Part shown: piece after piece, positions 21,101-32,117 of the stretch
How the letters are laid out: every line of letters begins with the position of its first letter
Position numbering within the stretch: the stretch's first letter is position 1
DNA from: Alphaproteobacteria bacterium
Lineage (GTDB): Bacteria; Pseudomonadota; Alphaproteobacteria; MPNO01; UBA830
Direction: 5' to 3'
NCBI GenBank assembly: GCA_038146925.1
Contig: JAYQSP010000011.1
Span: 42,816-106,815 of the forward strand
DNA: 64,000 nucleotides
Notes under the pieces: model-generated
Seen by the model: the letters and a program-made list of their open reading frames with translations, nothing else
What the model was told of the DNA's origin: nothing
Databases searched by the model: none
Translations under genes and position numbers: made by a program

Positions 21101-23170
21101 ATGGAGGTTATCACCATCTTCCTCCCAACAGTATCTAAGGTCACCCGATGTTTGTGCATCATTGTGGTTTATAGTAGCAATCGTTTGCTGTAGCAACTGG
21201 AGCATCATTAACATCTAAGTCACACTAATAGTTACGTCTTGAGTTGTTGAATTAGCTCCATCGCTTGCTGCAACTGTTGCTGAATAAGAAGTTCTTGGTT
21301 TCATAGTTTGGAGCTGATCCAAAAGTTAAAACTCCTGAGTAGATGTAATTGCCAATTTAGTACCTGAAATAGTAAAAGTTACATCATCACCCTCTGCATC
21401 CGTAGCTGTCACTGTTCCGATGGCTGTTTGGTTCTCTGCTGAGCTAAAGGTAGCTGATGAAGTAAATGCAGATCATTTACGTTGGTTACATTTATAGTAA
21501 TGTTTTGGGTTGCTGTATTTATTCCATCACTGGCAGTTACTGTAGCTATTGTAATAGCTTTTAGTTTCATAGTTTGGGGCTGATTAAAAGGTCAAAACTC
21601 CTGCAGATGTTATTTCTGATTCAGTACCTGTACCAGAGATGGAATAAGTAACATCATCGCCATCTGCATCAGTTGCTGTTACAGTTCCAATAGAAGTTTG
21701 GTTTTCAGCAGCACTAAAGGTAGCATCTAGAAGTAAATTCAGGCGAGCATTATCAATCAGATTGATACCGTTACAGTAATACCTTGAATGGATAGAGCAA
21801 TAATAATATAGACCCTCTGGTGTGTTATCTGTAACTTTTATAATAGTAGTTCCTGATGAACCAGTATTAACTCCAGTTGTATACTCAGTCCCTCCTCCAT
21901 GAGTGCCATCGGCAGTAGTAGAGAATCTAAATGGATGGGCTGTAGGATGAACGAATGTATAAGTAACTCCTTTAACTAAATCTAAATTTGGTCTTTGAGT
22001 TCCATTAATAACATATACATTTCCAGAGCCATTATTGTTCGCTTCAACACTTACTTGAATGGTCTGTTCGCGAACATCATTGATGTTAATTGTTATTTCT
22101 TGAGTTGATGAGTTTGTTCCATCGGTTGCAGTAACTGTAATTGAATAAGCTAGATTTACTTTCATAATTTGGTGCTGATAGCGAATACCATAACCCTGTT
22201 GATGTTTCATTGATAATAACTTCACTACCGCTTACAGAATAAGTTAGAGCATCACCTTTAGCATTTTAGCACTAACTGTTCCAATTCCAGTTTCATTTCA
22301 TCAACACTAAACGTTGAGCATGCTTATAAATATAGGATTGGCATTAGCAACAGGAACTAGATTATTAGAGTTTGGAAGATATTCAACTCTATTAAATGCT
22401 CTGTCATGAATTTCATATTTAATAATCTCTGCAGCCTCAGCATCAGCGTTTGAAGACATATCATGCCTTGTTACTACATTAAATGTACCATCTTCGTTAT
22501 CAATTAAATCTGATGAGTCAACGATATCACCCACATAACCAACTGAAGTATCACTTGCATGAACATTAATATAGTATCTACATTTCATTAATTTCTTCAG
22601 TGTTGAATTGGTGCCATCACTACCTCTATGATAGAGTCTAGCTATCTTAGAATCCTCTTCTTTAATTAATGCGTGAACTGATAAAACATTATCATTAACA
22701 GTTAGTGTATGAGCTAATAATTCTGGTGCTGTAACCTCTTGACTAGAATTTGTAACTTCAAAGCTCGTCTCAAAATTGCTGTGATATTATTGCATTAATT
22801 GCATTTTTATCTAATGTGTCATATAAACCAAGCTCAACTATTCTATAAATTCCAGATCTAAGTTTATTATTAAAAGATATGCCGACAGCACTTTCTAATA
22901 CTAGTCTGAATTTGCACTATCACAAAGTAAGTATAGTTTTGAACATCTTCATAAAAAGATTTAGTATCAGAATTCTCTAATCTTAAAACAACTTTTGATA
23001 TAGCCGTCTCATCAGTAACCCTAAATTGTATTGAAGTAGAACTATATTTAAAATCAGTATCGCTATTTGTACCAGTTCCCCTTATTTTTAGATCAACAAG
23101 CTCAGGTGGGCCTTCATCTGCATCAGTGACACTTATTGTTATCTCTTGAGATGAAGTGAAAGCGCCATCA
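21100..23170 (-). pseudogene. Fragments of cadherin-repeat adhesin gene(s). Includes ORF 21584..22225 (which has a cupredoxin-like YYYCSIH segment) and ORF 22307..22588.
   Basis: Diverged copies of the 270-bp repeat carrying substitutions and indels. Frames repeatedly broken. Confidence 0.4.
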
Positions 23171-23299
23171 CTTACAGTAATAGTAGCTGAGTGGCTAGTT
23201 GCAGTTTCATAATCAGGTGCTGAGGATTAAAGTAAATAACTCCAGATGAGTTATCAATACTTATATCTGATTCAGAAGTAATACTAAAAGCAATTCCAT

Positions 23300-24990
23300 C
23301 GCCGTCAGCATCAGTTGCGGTTGCTTGACCAACTGCAGTTGTATTTTCTTCTAATGAATATTCATTAGAAGATGTAATAACAGGGCTATTATCGTTTACA
23401 TTCGTTACATTAACAGTAATATCTTGAGTGGTTGAGTTAGTGCCATCGCTTGGCTGTAACTGTTGCTGTGTAAGAAGACTTAGTTTCATAATCTGGAGCT
23501 GAGGCAAGCGTTAGAACACCAGCTGATGTTATTTCAAGTTCATACCAGATATGATGAAATGTTACTGCATCACCATCAGCATCAGTTGCTGTTACGGTTC
23601 CAATAGCTGTTTGGTTTTCAGCAGCACTAAAGGCAGCTTCTGAAGTAAAGCTTGGGCTATTATCATTAACATTAGTTACATTAACGGTGATATCTTGAGT
23701 GGTTGAGTTAGTGCCATCGCTTGCTGTAACTGTTGCTGAATAAGAAGACTTAGTTTCATAGTCAGGTGCTGATACAAAGGTCAAAACTCCTGCTGATGTT
23801 ATTTCAAGTTCAGTACCTGAAACAGTGAAAGTAACATCATCGCCATCAGCATCAGTTGCTGTTACGGTTCCAATAGCTGTTTGGTTTTCGTCTGCAGTAA
23901 ATGAGTTATTTGAAGTTATAACAGGATTGTTATCGTTTAGGTTATTTACGTTAACTGTAATATCTTGGGTTGCTGTATTTATTCCATCACTGGCTGTTAC
24001 TGTAGCTGTGTAAGTAGACTTTAGTTTCATAGTCAGGAGCTGATACAAAGGTAAGAACACCAGCTGATGTTATTGCTAATTCAGTACCTGAAACAGTGAA
24101 AGTAACATCATCACCTTCTGCATCAGTAGCTGTTACTGTTCCAATAGCTGTTTGGTTTTCTGCTGCACTAAAAGTAGCATCAGAGGTAAACTCGGGTGCT
24201 ATGTCATTTACATTCGTTACATTAACGGTAATGTCTTGGGTTGTTGTATTTAGTCCATCGCTTGCTGTGACTGTTGCTGAATAAGAAGACTTTGTTTCAT
24301 AGTCAGGGGCTGATACAAAGGTCAAAACTCCTGCAGATGTTATTTCTAATTCTGATCCAGAGACAGTAAAGGTAACATCATCTCCTTCTGCATCACTAGC
24401 TGTTACTGTTCCGATGGCTGTTTGGTTTTCTGCTGCACTAAAAGTAGCATCAGAGGTAAACTCGGGTGCTATGTCATTTACATTCGTTACATTAACGGTA
24501 ATGTCTTGGGTTGTTGTATTTAGTCCATCGCTTGCTGTGACTGTTGCTGAATAAGAAGACTTTGTTTCATAGTCAGGTGCTGATACAAAGGTCAAAACTC
24601 CTGCTGATGTTATTTCAAGTTCAGTACCTGAAACAGTGAAAGTAACATCATCGCCATCTGCATCACTAGCTGTTACTGTTCCGATGGCTGTTTGGTTTTC
24701 AGCAGCACTAAAAGTAGCATCAGAGGTAAACTCGGGTGCTATGTCATTTACGTTGGTTACATTAACTGTAATGTCTTGGGTTGCAGAATTATCTTCTGTA
24801 TCTACAACAGTTACTGTGGCAGTATAAGTAGCTTTAGTTTCATAGTCAGGGGCTGATATAAAAGTTAGGGCTCCAGCTGAGGTTATTTCTAGTTCAGTAC
24901 CTGAAATACTAAAACTAAAACTATCTCCTTCTGGATCAGTTGCTGTTACGGTTCCAATAGCTGTTTGGTTTTCTGCAGCACTAAAAGTAG
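23300..24990. repeat. Tandem ~270-bp cadherin-like coding repeats (about 6 units), paralogous to 5400-7080.
   Basis: ORFs 23437..24060 and 23987..24595 translate to repeated ...ENQTAIGTVTATDADGDDVTFTVSGTELEITSAGVLTFVSAPDYETKSSY... Confidence 0.8.
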
Positions 24991-26470
24991 CATCAGAGGT
25001 AAAGACTGGTGCTGCATCATTAATGTCTATAATAGCAATAGTTACATCTTTGGTTACTGTCTCAGTGCCGTCAGTTAAAGATAGAGTAATTACATATGAG
25101 TTCTTAGTTTCATAATCTGGAGCTTCTTTGAAGGTTAGAACATTGTCATCAGATAAATTAAAGCTATCGGCATCGGTGCCACCAAGAGTTAATGTTAATT
25201 CATCTTCATCTACATCTGAGACTGAAACAGTTGTTACTGCTGTTTGGTTCTCTTCTACTTGAATAGTAGATGCTATATCAATAGAGGGTGCATCGTTAAC
25301 GGCTTCAATGGTTACTGTGACATCAGCACTTGAAGTCTTATCGCCTTGAGTGATGGTGTATGAAAAGGAATCACTACCATTATAGTCAGTATCTGGAGAA
25401 TAAGTTATTAGGTTATTAGATATTGATGTTGATCCGTTAGTGCCATTGGTTGCTGATAATGAGAATGGTGATGAAGTAACATAGGAGTCGTTTAACAGTA
25501 CGTTGATTTCTACTTCAGTATCCTCAGATGTAGATACATTATCAGGTATAGCGCTGATATCGGGTGCTATTTCTCCAGAATCTACATTCTGATCTTCAGC
25601 TATATAAGTTAATAGGTCTTCAGTATAACTAGTTACTGTCTCAGCAGTTGCAGTGCCGTTAGCTATAGCTTGGATATCGGTTTGTAGGGTTGAAACCGCA
25701 AAACGTATAACTGAAGTAGTTAAATCATCAGAGGATTTAATTTCAATAACTGGAATATTCCAGAAAGAGCTTTAGTGGTATTTGCTTTAGCTGTCTCATC
25801 AATGGTTACTGATTTTGTTTCTATTACATTTTCTAATGCTTTAGTTACAAAAGCTTGAGTCTCAATATCTACTTTGGTTTCTGTTTCAGTGTATTCTTTT
25901 TCTATCTCTTCAGTGATTGACTTAAAGTAGTCCTGAGTTGTTTCGGTTGTGGTATTTAAATTATTGGTTATGTTCTGCAGGGCAAAAGCAAGAACTGTTA
26001 ACTGGTTACCCTTCTCATACAAATAATCATTAATACCACCATCGCCTTTGTTAGCAACGGATCAAAAGTAAAAACATCAATGGATGCATCTATACCCAAT
26101 GCTGCATTAACCAGTGAAGCATCTTCCATAAAAGCAGCAACTGAAGTTACAGGGGTAACCGCTTTAAACTCTGAATGGCCAGTTAGTTTATGAGTAATTA
26201 AAAGATTATCTAAAAGGGTTTGCGAATCTAAATCGGTTCCACCGATGGATACTAAATTACCGTTAGCATAACGAATGGTAAATTTACCTTCGTTATCTGA
26301 AGTAGTTGAATTTTCATTTGAATCACAAGTCCAACTCTCATCTTCATCAATACAAACTTCAGCCACCGCCTGAAATATAACCATCTACAGCTACACCATC
26401 AGTTTCTCTATAGCCCCCTCAACAGTAACAGATGCTGGAGATTTCTAGTGCCACCTGCACCAGTACACAA
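24991..26470 (-). pseudogene. Second copy of the lipoprotein adhesin N-terminal region (paralog of 7082..8475). Indel-riddled and truncated at the GC junction.
   Basis: 90-98% nucleotide identity to 7090-8475, with many small indels (e.g. at 25750, 26050, 26370-26440). ORFs 25720..26022 and 25998..26384 match the 565-aa protein. The homology stops at about 26470, about 300 nt short of where the start would be. Confidence 0.55.
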
Positions 26471-26505
26471 GTAAAAAATTCTTTTTATCTTTAAAAGAAA
26501 TATTT

Positions 26506-26667
26506 GCGACCTACGAATGCTCGACCGACGCCGACATCGCGGCGTTCGCCGATATCGTCAACCGGGCCGGGTATTCGTCCCCTGTACGCACGCCGCGCGG
26601 GCGCGATATACTGGCGGCCTGCGGGCAGCTGAAAACCGCCAGCGAGCGGGAACGGAAAATCGCCTGA
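26506..26667 (+). CDS. C-terminal fragment (54 codons) of an unknown GC-rich gene, truncated at the junction.
   Basis: Open frame ...[55 protein letters not shown]3 codon bias matches the downstream genome. No start codon. Confidence 0.35.
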   Translation, partial: ATYECSTDADIAAFADIVNRAGYSSPVRTPRGRDILAACGQLKTASERERKIA

Positions 26668-26691
26668 ACGAAAACAGACGGGTGAACGGCG

Positions 26692-27162
26692 ATGGACTGG
26701 AAAGACGTGACGCCGGAAGAAGCGGCGGAAAACAGATACTACGGCGTCGGCGGCTGGCTGCTGGTGTTTTACGTGCTTGGCGTGCTGGGATTTCTCGCGT
26801 CGTTTGCGGGCCTGCTGTCGTTGGAAATGCTGAAGCGGACATTTGGCGATAACTATATGATTCTCGCCGGCCTCGGCGTCGTTCAGGGGATCCTGTATCT
26901 GCCGTTTCTGATCCTGGCGCCGCAGAAACACCCTTTGATGCCCAGGGCCGCCATTTCCGCGCTCTGGCTCAGTGTCGTGGTGACGGCGATCGCGGGCATG
27001 GTCGCCGATCCTAGCCAGATGATGGGTCAGTTGATCTTCAGCGTCGTCATGGTGGCCCTGTTTGCCTGGTATCTCCGCAAGTCGAAGCGGGTAAACGTGA
27101 CGTATCTCCACCGGGTGCCGGTGGAAGAGCACGCGGATACGGCCGAAAGGCCGACCGATTAG
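26692..27162 (+). CDS. Hypothetical membrane protein (DUF2569-like).
   Basis: 156 aa with 4 predicted TM segments. GC3-rich codons. The antisense 213-aa ORF is Arg-rich noise. Confidence 0.55.
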   Translation: MDWKDVTPEEAAENRYYGVGGWLLVFYVLGVLGFLASFAGLLSLEMLKRTFGDNYMILAGLGVVQGILYLPFLILAPQKHPLMPRAAISALWLSVVVTAIAGMVADPSQMMGQLIFSVVMVALFAWYLRKSKRVNVTYLHRVPVEEHADTAERPTD

Positions 27163-27331
27163 TGCGTCATTCCCGCGAAGGCGGGAATCTCTATCAGGAC
27201 AGAACGGGCAAAAAGATCCCCGCCTGCGCGGGGATGACGGTTCAAAGGCGCCTTTAGTATGAACGTCCCCACCTTGCCGCGCCCGGCGGAATGCCTATAC
27301 TCCGCGCGCGCTAGAAATTAGGGAATATTCC

Positions 27332-28552
27332 ATGGCCGGACCAAGACCCGGAGAGGTCAATAAAATCGTGCTCGCCTATTCGGGCGGGCTGGATACATCC
27401 GTCATCCTGAAATGGCTGCAGCAGACTTATGACTGCGAGGTCGTCACCTTCACCGCCGATCTGGGGCAGGGCGAAGAGGTCGAACCGGCGCGGGCCAAGG
27501 CCGAAGCCGCGGGCGTGAAGGAAATCTATATCGATGATTTGCGCGAGGAATTCGTCCGCGATTTCGTGTTTCCGATGTTCCGGGCCAACGCGCTGTACGA
27601 AGGCATCTATCTGCTCGGCACCTCGATCGCCCGGCCGCTGATCTCCAAGCGCCAGATCGAAATCGCCCGTGAAACCGGCGCCGACGCCGTCAGCCACGGC
27701 GCTACCGGCAAGGGCAACGATCAGGTCCGGTTCGAACTTGGCTATTACGCGCTGGAACCCGATATCAAGGTCATCGCGCCGTGGCGCGAATGGGATCTCG
27801 ATTCCCGCACCAAGCTGATGGAATTCGCGCGAAACAACCAGATCCCGATCTCGCGCGACAAGATCGACGAGCCGCCCTATTCGACCGACGCCAATCTTCT
27901 GCATATTTCATACGAAGGAAAGGCGCTGGAAGATCCGTGGGTCGAGGCCGACGATGCGATGTACACGCGCTCCGTCTCCCCGGAAAACGCGCCCGACACA
28001 CCGACCTATATCGAGATCGAGTTCGAGGCGGGCGACGCGGTGGCGATCGACGGCGAAAAGATGTCGCCGGCGACCCTGCTGACCAAGCTGAACGAGCTCG
28101 GCGGCGCCAACGGGATCGGCCGGATCGATATCGTCGAAAACCGCTATGTCGGCATGAAGTCGCGCGGCGTCTACGAAACGCCCGGCGGCACGATCCTGGC
28201 CGCGGCCCATCGCGGGATCGAATCCCTCACGCTGGATCGCGGCGCCGCGCATCTGAAGGACGAGCTGATGCCGCGCTACGCGGAGCTGGTCTATAACGGG
28301 TTCTGGTTCTCGCCCGAGCGCGAAATGATCCAGGCGGCGGTCGACGAAAGCCAGAAGCACGTATCGGGCACCGTGCGGCTGAAACTGTTCAAGGGATCGG
28401 TCACCGTGGTGGGCCGCAAATCTCCGGTCAGCCTCTATTCCGAACAGCACGTCACATTCGAGGCCGACACCGTCTACGACCAGCGCGACGCCGAGGGCTT
28501 TATCAAGCTGAACGCCCTGCGTCTGCGGCTGATGAACGCCCGCAAGGGATGA
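27332..28552 (+). CDS. argG: Argininosuccinate synthase.
   Basis: 406 aa. PP-loop AYSGGLDTS. Conserved ...[13 protein letters not shown]..., ...[14 protein letters not shown]... Confidence 0.95.
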   Translation: MAGPRPGEVNKIVLAYSGGLDTSVILKWLQQTYDCEVVTFTADLGQGEEVEPARAKAEAAGVKEIYIDDLREEFVRDFVFPMFRANALYEGIYLLGTSIARPLISKRQIEIARETGADAVSHGATGKGNDQVRFELGYYALEPDIKVIAPWREWDLDSRTKLMEFARNNQIPISRDKIDEPPYSTDANLLHISYEGKALEDPWVEADDAMYTRSVSPENAPDTPTYIEIEFEAGDAVAIDGEKMSPATLLTKLNELGGANGIGRIDIVENRYVGMKSRGVYETPGGTILAAAHRGIESLTLDRGAAHLKDELMPRYAELVYNGFWFSPEREMIQAAVDESQKHVSGTVRLKLFKGSVTVVGRKSPVSLYSEQHVTFEADTVYDQRDAEGFIKLNALRLRLMNARKG

Positions 28553-29430
28553 CGACCGGCACCGGGGTCGCCATGCCCCGGTTTCTGATCGCGGCCTGCT
28601 GGGCGTTGCTCGCGGCCGCCAGCTTCGCCGTGATGATGACGAGCGTCCGTTATATGGACGGCAAGTTCGATGCGTTCGAGATCGTGTTTTTCCGGGCGCT
28701 GATCGGTATCTTCCTGATTGTCCCGATCGTCTCGAAATCGGGATTTACGGCGCTCCGAACCGACCGGCTTCCGATGCACGTCGTGCGGACACTATTCGCG
28801 CTGTTCGCCATGGCGACGCTGTATTACGCGCTGGAATTCATTCCGGTCGCTCAGGCGGTCGCGCTGACCTTCCTGATTCCGCTGTTCACGACGATCGCCG
28901 CCGGTACGGTGCTGCGCGAAAAGGTCGGGCTACATCGCTGGGGCGCAACGCTGGTGGGCTTCGGCGGGGCGCTGATCATCATCCGCCCCGGTGTCGCCGA
29001 TATCAGCCTGCCGGTCCTGCTGGCGGTGCTGTCGTCGGCGCTCTATGCCGGCGCGTGGTCGAGCGTGAAGATTCTCACCCGGACCGATTCCGCCGCGGTT
29101 ACGGTGTTCTGGATGAACCTGCTGATGGTGCCGCTGACGGCGATCCCGCTGATTTTCGTCTGGGTCACGCCGGCCCCGGAGGATATCCTGCCTATCGCGA
29201 TCATGGCGCTGTCCGGCTGGGCGGCGCATTTCTGCCAGGCGCGGGCGTTCGAATCCGCCGATGCCAGCGCGGTCATGCCGTTCGATTTCCTGCGTCTGCC
29301 GCTGGGCGCGCTGTTCGGCTATTTCCTGTTCGCGGAGCTGGTCGACGGCTGGACCTGGGCCGGCGCAGTGGTGATCTTCCTGGCGGGCTATTACATCACC
29401 CGGCGCGAGGCCCTCCGGAAAGCTTCCTAG
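28549..29430 (+). CDS. EamA/DMT-family transporter.
   Basis: 293 aa, 10 TM. Two EamA-like halves. ATGA start/stop overlap with argG. Confidence 0.8.
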   Translation: MTTGTGVAMPRFLIAACWALLAAASFAVMMTSVRYMDGKFDAFEIVFFRALIGIFLIVPIVSKSGFTALRTDRLPMHVVRTLFALFAMATLYYALEFIPVAQAVALTFLIPLFTTIAAGTVLREKVGLHRWGATLVGFGGALIIIRPGVADISLPVLLAVLSSALYAGAWSSVKILTRTDSAAVTVFWMNLLMVPLTAIPLIFVWVTPAPEDILPIAIMALSGWAAHFCQARAFESADASAVMPFDFLRLPLGALFGYFLFAELVDGWTWAGAVVIFLAGYYITRREALRKAS

Positions 29431-30122
29431 GCCGGGAACAGATGCATCCCGAACACGGTCTCGTGCACAAACAGAATGACGAGATAAAGCACGCTTCCCA
29501 GCGCCACCCGCCACCAGCCGACATCGCGCATCACCAGCGTGCGGCGGCCTTCGAGAATGGCGCGAAACGGCGTGCGGGACGTGCCTGCCCGGAACGATCG
29601 CCAGGCATCGTCCGCGTTGGCGTCGCGCCGCATGTCGATATGCACCATGCCCAGAGTCGAGAGCGCCAGCATGCCGCCGAAAAACAACACGGCGGCCAGA
29701 TCCCCCCGCACGAACAGATGCGCCAGCGACCATAGCGCGATGGCCGCCATCATCGGGTGGCGGACGATCGCGTATATGCCTTTGCCCGGCGCGTTCTCGT
29801 AATGCAGGTTGTCCATGCCCACCATCGTGGGGTTGCGGGTGGTGACGCTGCAAACGAAGAACACGGTGGCGAAATACATCAGGATCAGGATGACCGGCGG
29901 GCCCAGAATGCCGGCATTCCACAGCGGCACGTAGGGCGCGTCCATATAGGCGGTAATCATCCAGTACAACGCGGCAATCATCAGGACCGAGTAGACGCCG
30001 CGAAACGGCCTTTCGCCCATCATGCCGGTCAACGGGCCGCGCACCGGTGCGCTCGACAGCAGAAAATGACCGCCGGCGAAGGCGAGGGTCGCGAAGGCGA
30101 GGGTGATCAGGGCAGGGTCCAT
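29427..30122 (-). CDS. NnrU/ICMT-like family membrane protein.
   Basis: 231 aa. Polytopic. ...AIVRHPMMAA... motif typical of the NnrU/isoprenylcysteine-methyltransferase-like fold. Confidence 0.6.
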   Translation of the reverse strand: MDPALITLAFATLAFAGGHFLLSSAPVRGPLTGMMGERPFRGVYSVLMIAALYWMITAYMDAPYVPLWNAGILGPPVILILMYFATVFFVCSVTTRNPTMVGMDNLHYENAPGKGIYAIVRHPMMAAIALWSLAHLFVRGDLAAVLFFGGMLALSTLGMVHIDMRRDANADDAWRSFRAGTSRTPFRAILEGRRTLVMRDVGWWRVALGSVLYLVILFVHETVFGMHLFPA

Positions 30123-30137
30123 GCGTAACCCTACAAG

Positions 30138-31028
30138 CTAGATGTCGGGTACTTCAATTCCATTCTGGCGGCACGCGGCGACCAGTGTGTTGCGAAGCAG
30201 GCAGGCGATGGTCATCGGACCGACCCCGCCCGGTACCGGCGTGATGGCGCCCGCGTGTTTTACGGCCTCGTCGAATTCGACGTCGCCGACCAGACGCATT
30301 TTGCCTTCTTCCTCGGCCGGCACCCGGTTGATGCCGACGTCGATCACCGTGGCGCCCGGCTTGATCCAGTCGCCCCCGATCATCTGCGGGCGGCCGACGG
30401 CGGCGACCAGGATATCGGCCTCGCGGCAGACGCCGGGCAGGTCCCGGGTGCGCGAATGGGCGATGGTGACCGTGCAGTTGGCGTCGAGCAGCAGCTGCGC
30501 CATCGGTTTGCCGACAATGTTGGAGCGCCCCACCACGACCGCGTTCATCCCGGTAAGGTCGCCGAGGCGATCTTCTAGAAGCATGCGACAGCCCAGCGGC
30601 GTGCAGGGCACCATGCCGCCGCGCCCGGTCGCCAGCAGGCCCACATTGCGCAGATGGAATCCGTCGACATCCTTGGCGGGGTCGATGGCGTCGATGACCG
30701 AATTCGGGTCGATCTGGTCGGGCAGGGGCAGTTGCACCAGGATGCCGTGCACTGCCGGATCGGCGTTCAGCTTGTCGATGGCGGCCAGCAGGTCGGCCTG
30801 GGTCGTATCCGCCGGCAGCGTTTCGCCCAGCGACCGCATGCCGGCCTCGACCGTCTGTTTGTTCTTGTTGCGGACATAGACCTGGCTTGCCGGGTCTTCG
30901 CCGACCAGCACGGCGGCGAGGCCCGGCACGATGCCGTGTTCGGCGGTCAGCTTCGCGGTCTCGACGGCGATCCGTTCCCGCAGCCCCGCGGCGAACGCCT
31001 TGCCGTCGATGATATTGTAATTCGCCAT
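30138..31028 (-). CDS. folD: Bifunctional methylenetetrahydrofolate dehydrogenase/cyclohydrolase.
   Basis: The internal Met [16 protein letters not shown]... at 31028 gives 297 aa. Motifs ...YVRNK..., ...GILVQLPLP..., ...[12 protein letters not shown]... The track's 436-aa ORF is an upstream read-through extension. Confidence 0.92.
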   Translation of the reverse strand: MANYNIIDGKAFAAGLRERIAVETAKLTAEHGIVPGLAAVLVGEDPASQVYVRNKNKQTVEAGMRSLGETLPADTTQADLLAAIDKLNADPAVHGILVQLPLPDQIDPNSVIDAIDPAKDVDGFHLRNVGLLATGRGGMVPCTPLGCRMLLEDRLGDLTGMNAVVVGRSNIVGKPMAQLLLDANCTVTIAHSRTRDLPGVCREADILVAAVGRPQMIGGDWIKPGATVIDVGINRVPAEEEGKMRLVGDVEFDEAVKHAGAITPVPGGVGPMTIACLLRNTLVAACRQNGIEVPDI

Positions 31029-31036
31029 TCGAAAAA

Positions 31037-31339
31037 TCAGGTCGCGATCCAGATATAGACCTGGCGCAATACGCCGTCCTTGATGAAGATCAGCAGCAGA
31101 ATGGCGATCAGCGGCGAGAAGTCGATCCCGCCGAAATTCGGCAGCATGTTGCGGATCGGCCGCAGGACGGGTTCGGTGATCCGGTACAGAAAATCGCCCA
31201 CCGTATAGACGAACCGGTTGCTGGTGTTGATCACGTTGAATGCGATCAGCCAGCTCAGAATCGCCGATATGATGAAACACCACATGTAGAGGTTCACGAC
31301 GACGTCGAGAAGATTGAAAAGGGTAGCGATCAGCTGCAT
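31037..31339 (-). CDS. YggT-family membrane protein.
   Basis: 100 aa from Met at 31339 ([20 protein letters not shown]...). Immediately upstream of folD. Confidence 0.7.
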   Translation of the reverse strand: MQLIATLFNLLDVVVNLYMWCFIISAILSWLIAFNVINTSNRFVYTVGDFLYRITEPVLRPIRNMLPNFGGIDFSPLIAILLLIFIKDGVLRQVYIWIAT

Positions 31340-31524
31340 GAAATGGTGCCTGTGAGTGTGAGGCCGCAGGGTAGCGGCGGCCCGATTCGCGTGCAAGCGG
31401 ATCGGCATCGGGTACGCGTTTCTCCTCTGTCCAACAATCTGCGGTCAAATCGTTTCAGATTGCTTGACAGGACCCCGCTTCCTACACATTATCCGCCCGC
31501 CCGATCCTCCGGGGTCGGCACCGT

Positions 31525-31600
31525 GGGGCCGTAGCTCAGCTGGGAGAGCGCTGCGTTCGCAATGCAGAGGTCGGGAGTTCGATCCTCCTCGGCTCCACCA
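31525..31600 (+). tRNA. tRNA-Ala (anticodon CGC).
   Basis: GGGGCCGTAGCTCAGCTGGGAGAGCGCTGCGTTCGCAATGCAGAGGTCGGGAGTTCGATCCTCCTCGGCTCCACCA. Has the G3:U70 pair. Anticodon loop TTCGCAA. T-arm GGTTCGATCC-like. Encoded CCA. Confidence 0.9.
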
Positions 31601-31641
31601 ACTCCTCTTGAAACGCCTGCAGGAGCGCCGGGACGGACAGG

Positions 31642-32079
31642 CTAGCCCAGCCCCGCCTTCCACCGGTCGGTCAGCCTGAACACAGTAAACGCCGCCGACC
31701 ACGCCATCATCAGCAGGCCGATCAGGGCCTCGAAGCCGCAGATCGTCCGCAGGTAGCCGGTCGGGACGATTTCGCCGTATCCCAGCGTGGTGTAATTGAC
31801 CAGCGAGATATAGAGATAGTCCCGCGCGCTGCCGTCGAATGCCCCGTCCAGCGTGCCGAGCTGCAGGATTTCCTGCCCGACATACAGCGCGCCGGCGAAC
31901 ACCCACACCTCGATCGAGTGCGCGAGGAAAAGCGTGAACACACCCACCAGCAGCCCGATGCGCACCGGCCAGCGCACCCGGTTCGCCAGCTTCGACATCA
32001 GGGTCATGATCTCGAAATGGATCAGGATGACGATCGCCGACGTCACCGCCGTCAGCAATGTCGCGACAATCATCTGCAT
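31642..32079 (-). CDS. Two-TM potassium-channel family protein.
   Basis: 145 aa. Selectivity-filter-like YTTLGYGE between two TM helices. Confidence 0.75.
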   Translation of the reverse strand: MQMIVATLLTAVTSAIVILIHFEIMTLMSKLANRVRWPVRIGLLVGVFTLFLAHSIEVWVFAGALYVGQEILQLGTLDGAFDGSARDYLYISLVNYTTLGYGEIVPTGYLRTICGFEALIGLLMMAWSAAFTVFRLTDRWKAGLG

Positions 32080-32117
32080 AGCCCCCTAACGTCCCGCTCT
32101 CGACAAGTGGACCAATA

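Noticed and set aside
1-26470. AT-rich half as a prophage or integrative island in the GC-rich genome
   Set aside because: There is no integrase, no phage structural genes, no tRNA/att duplication and no IS termini, and both boundary genes are truncated. A chimeric join explains the data more simply.
26491-27132. 213-aa minus-strand ORF opposite the DUF2569 gene
   Set aside because: Arg/His/Pro-rich low-complexity translation typical of antisense frames in 65% GC DNA. The plus-strand frame gives a coherent membrane protein.
30138-31448. 436-aa extended folD ORF from the track
   Set aside because: The N-terminal 140 codons are non-homologous, Arg/His-rich read-through. The Met at 31028 matches FolD N-termini, and a yggT gene occupies part of the extension in another frame.
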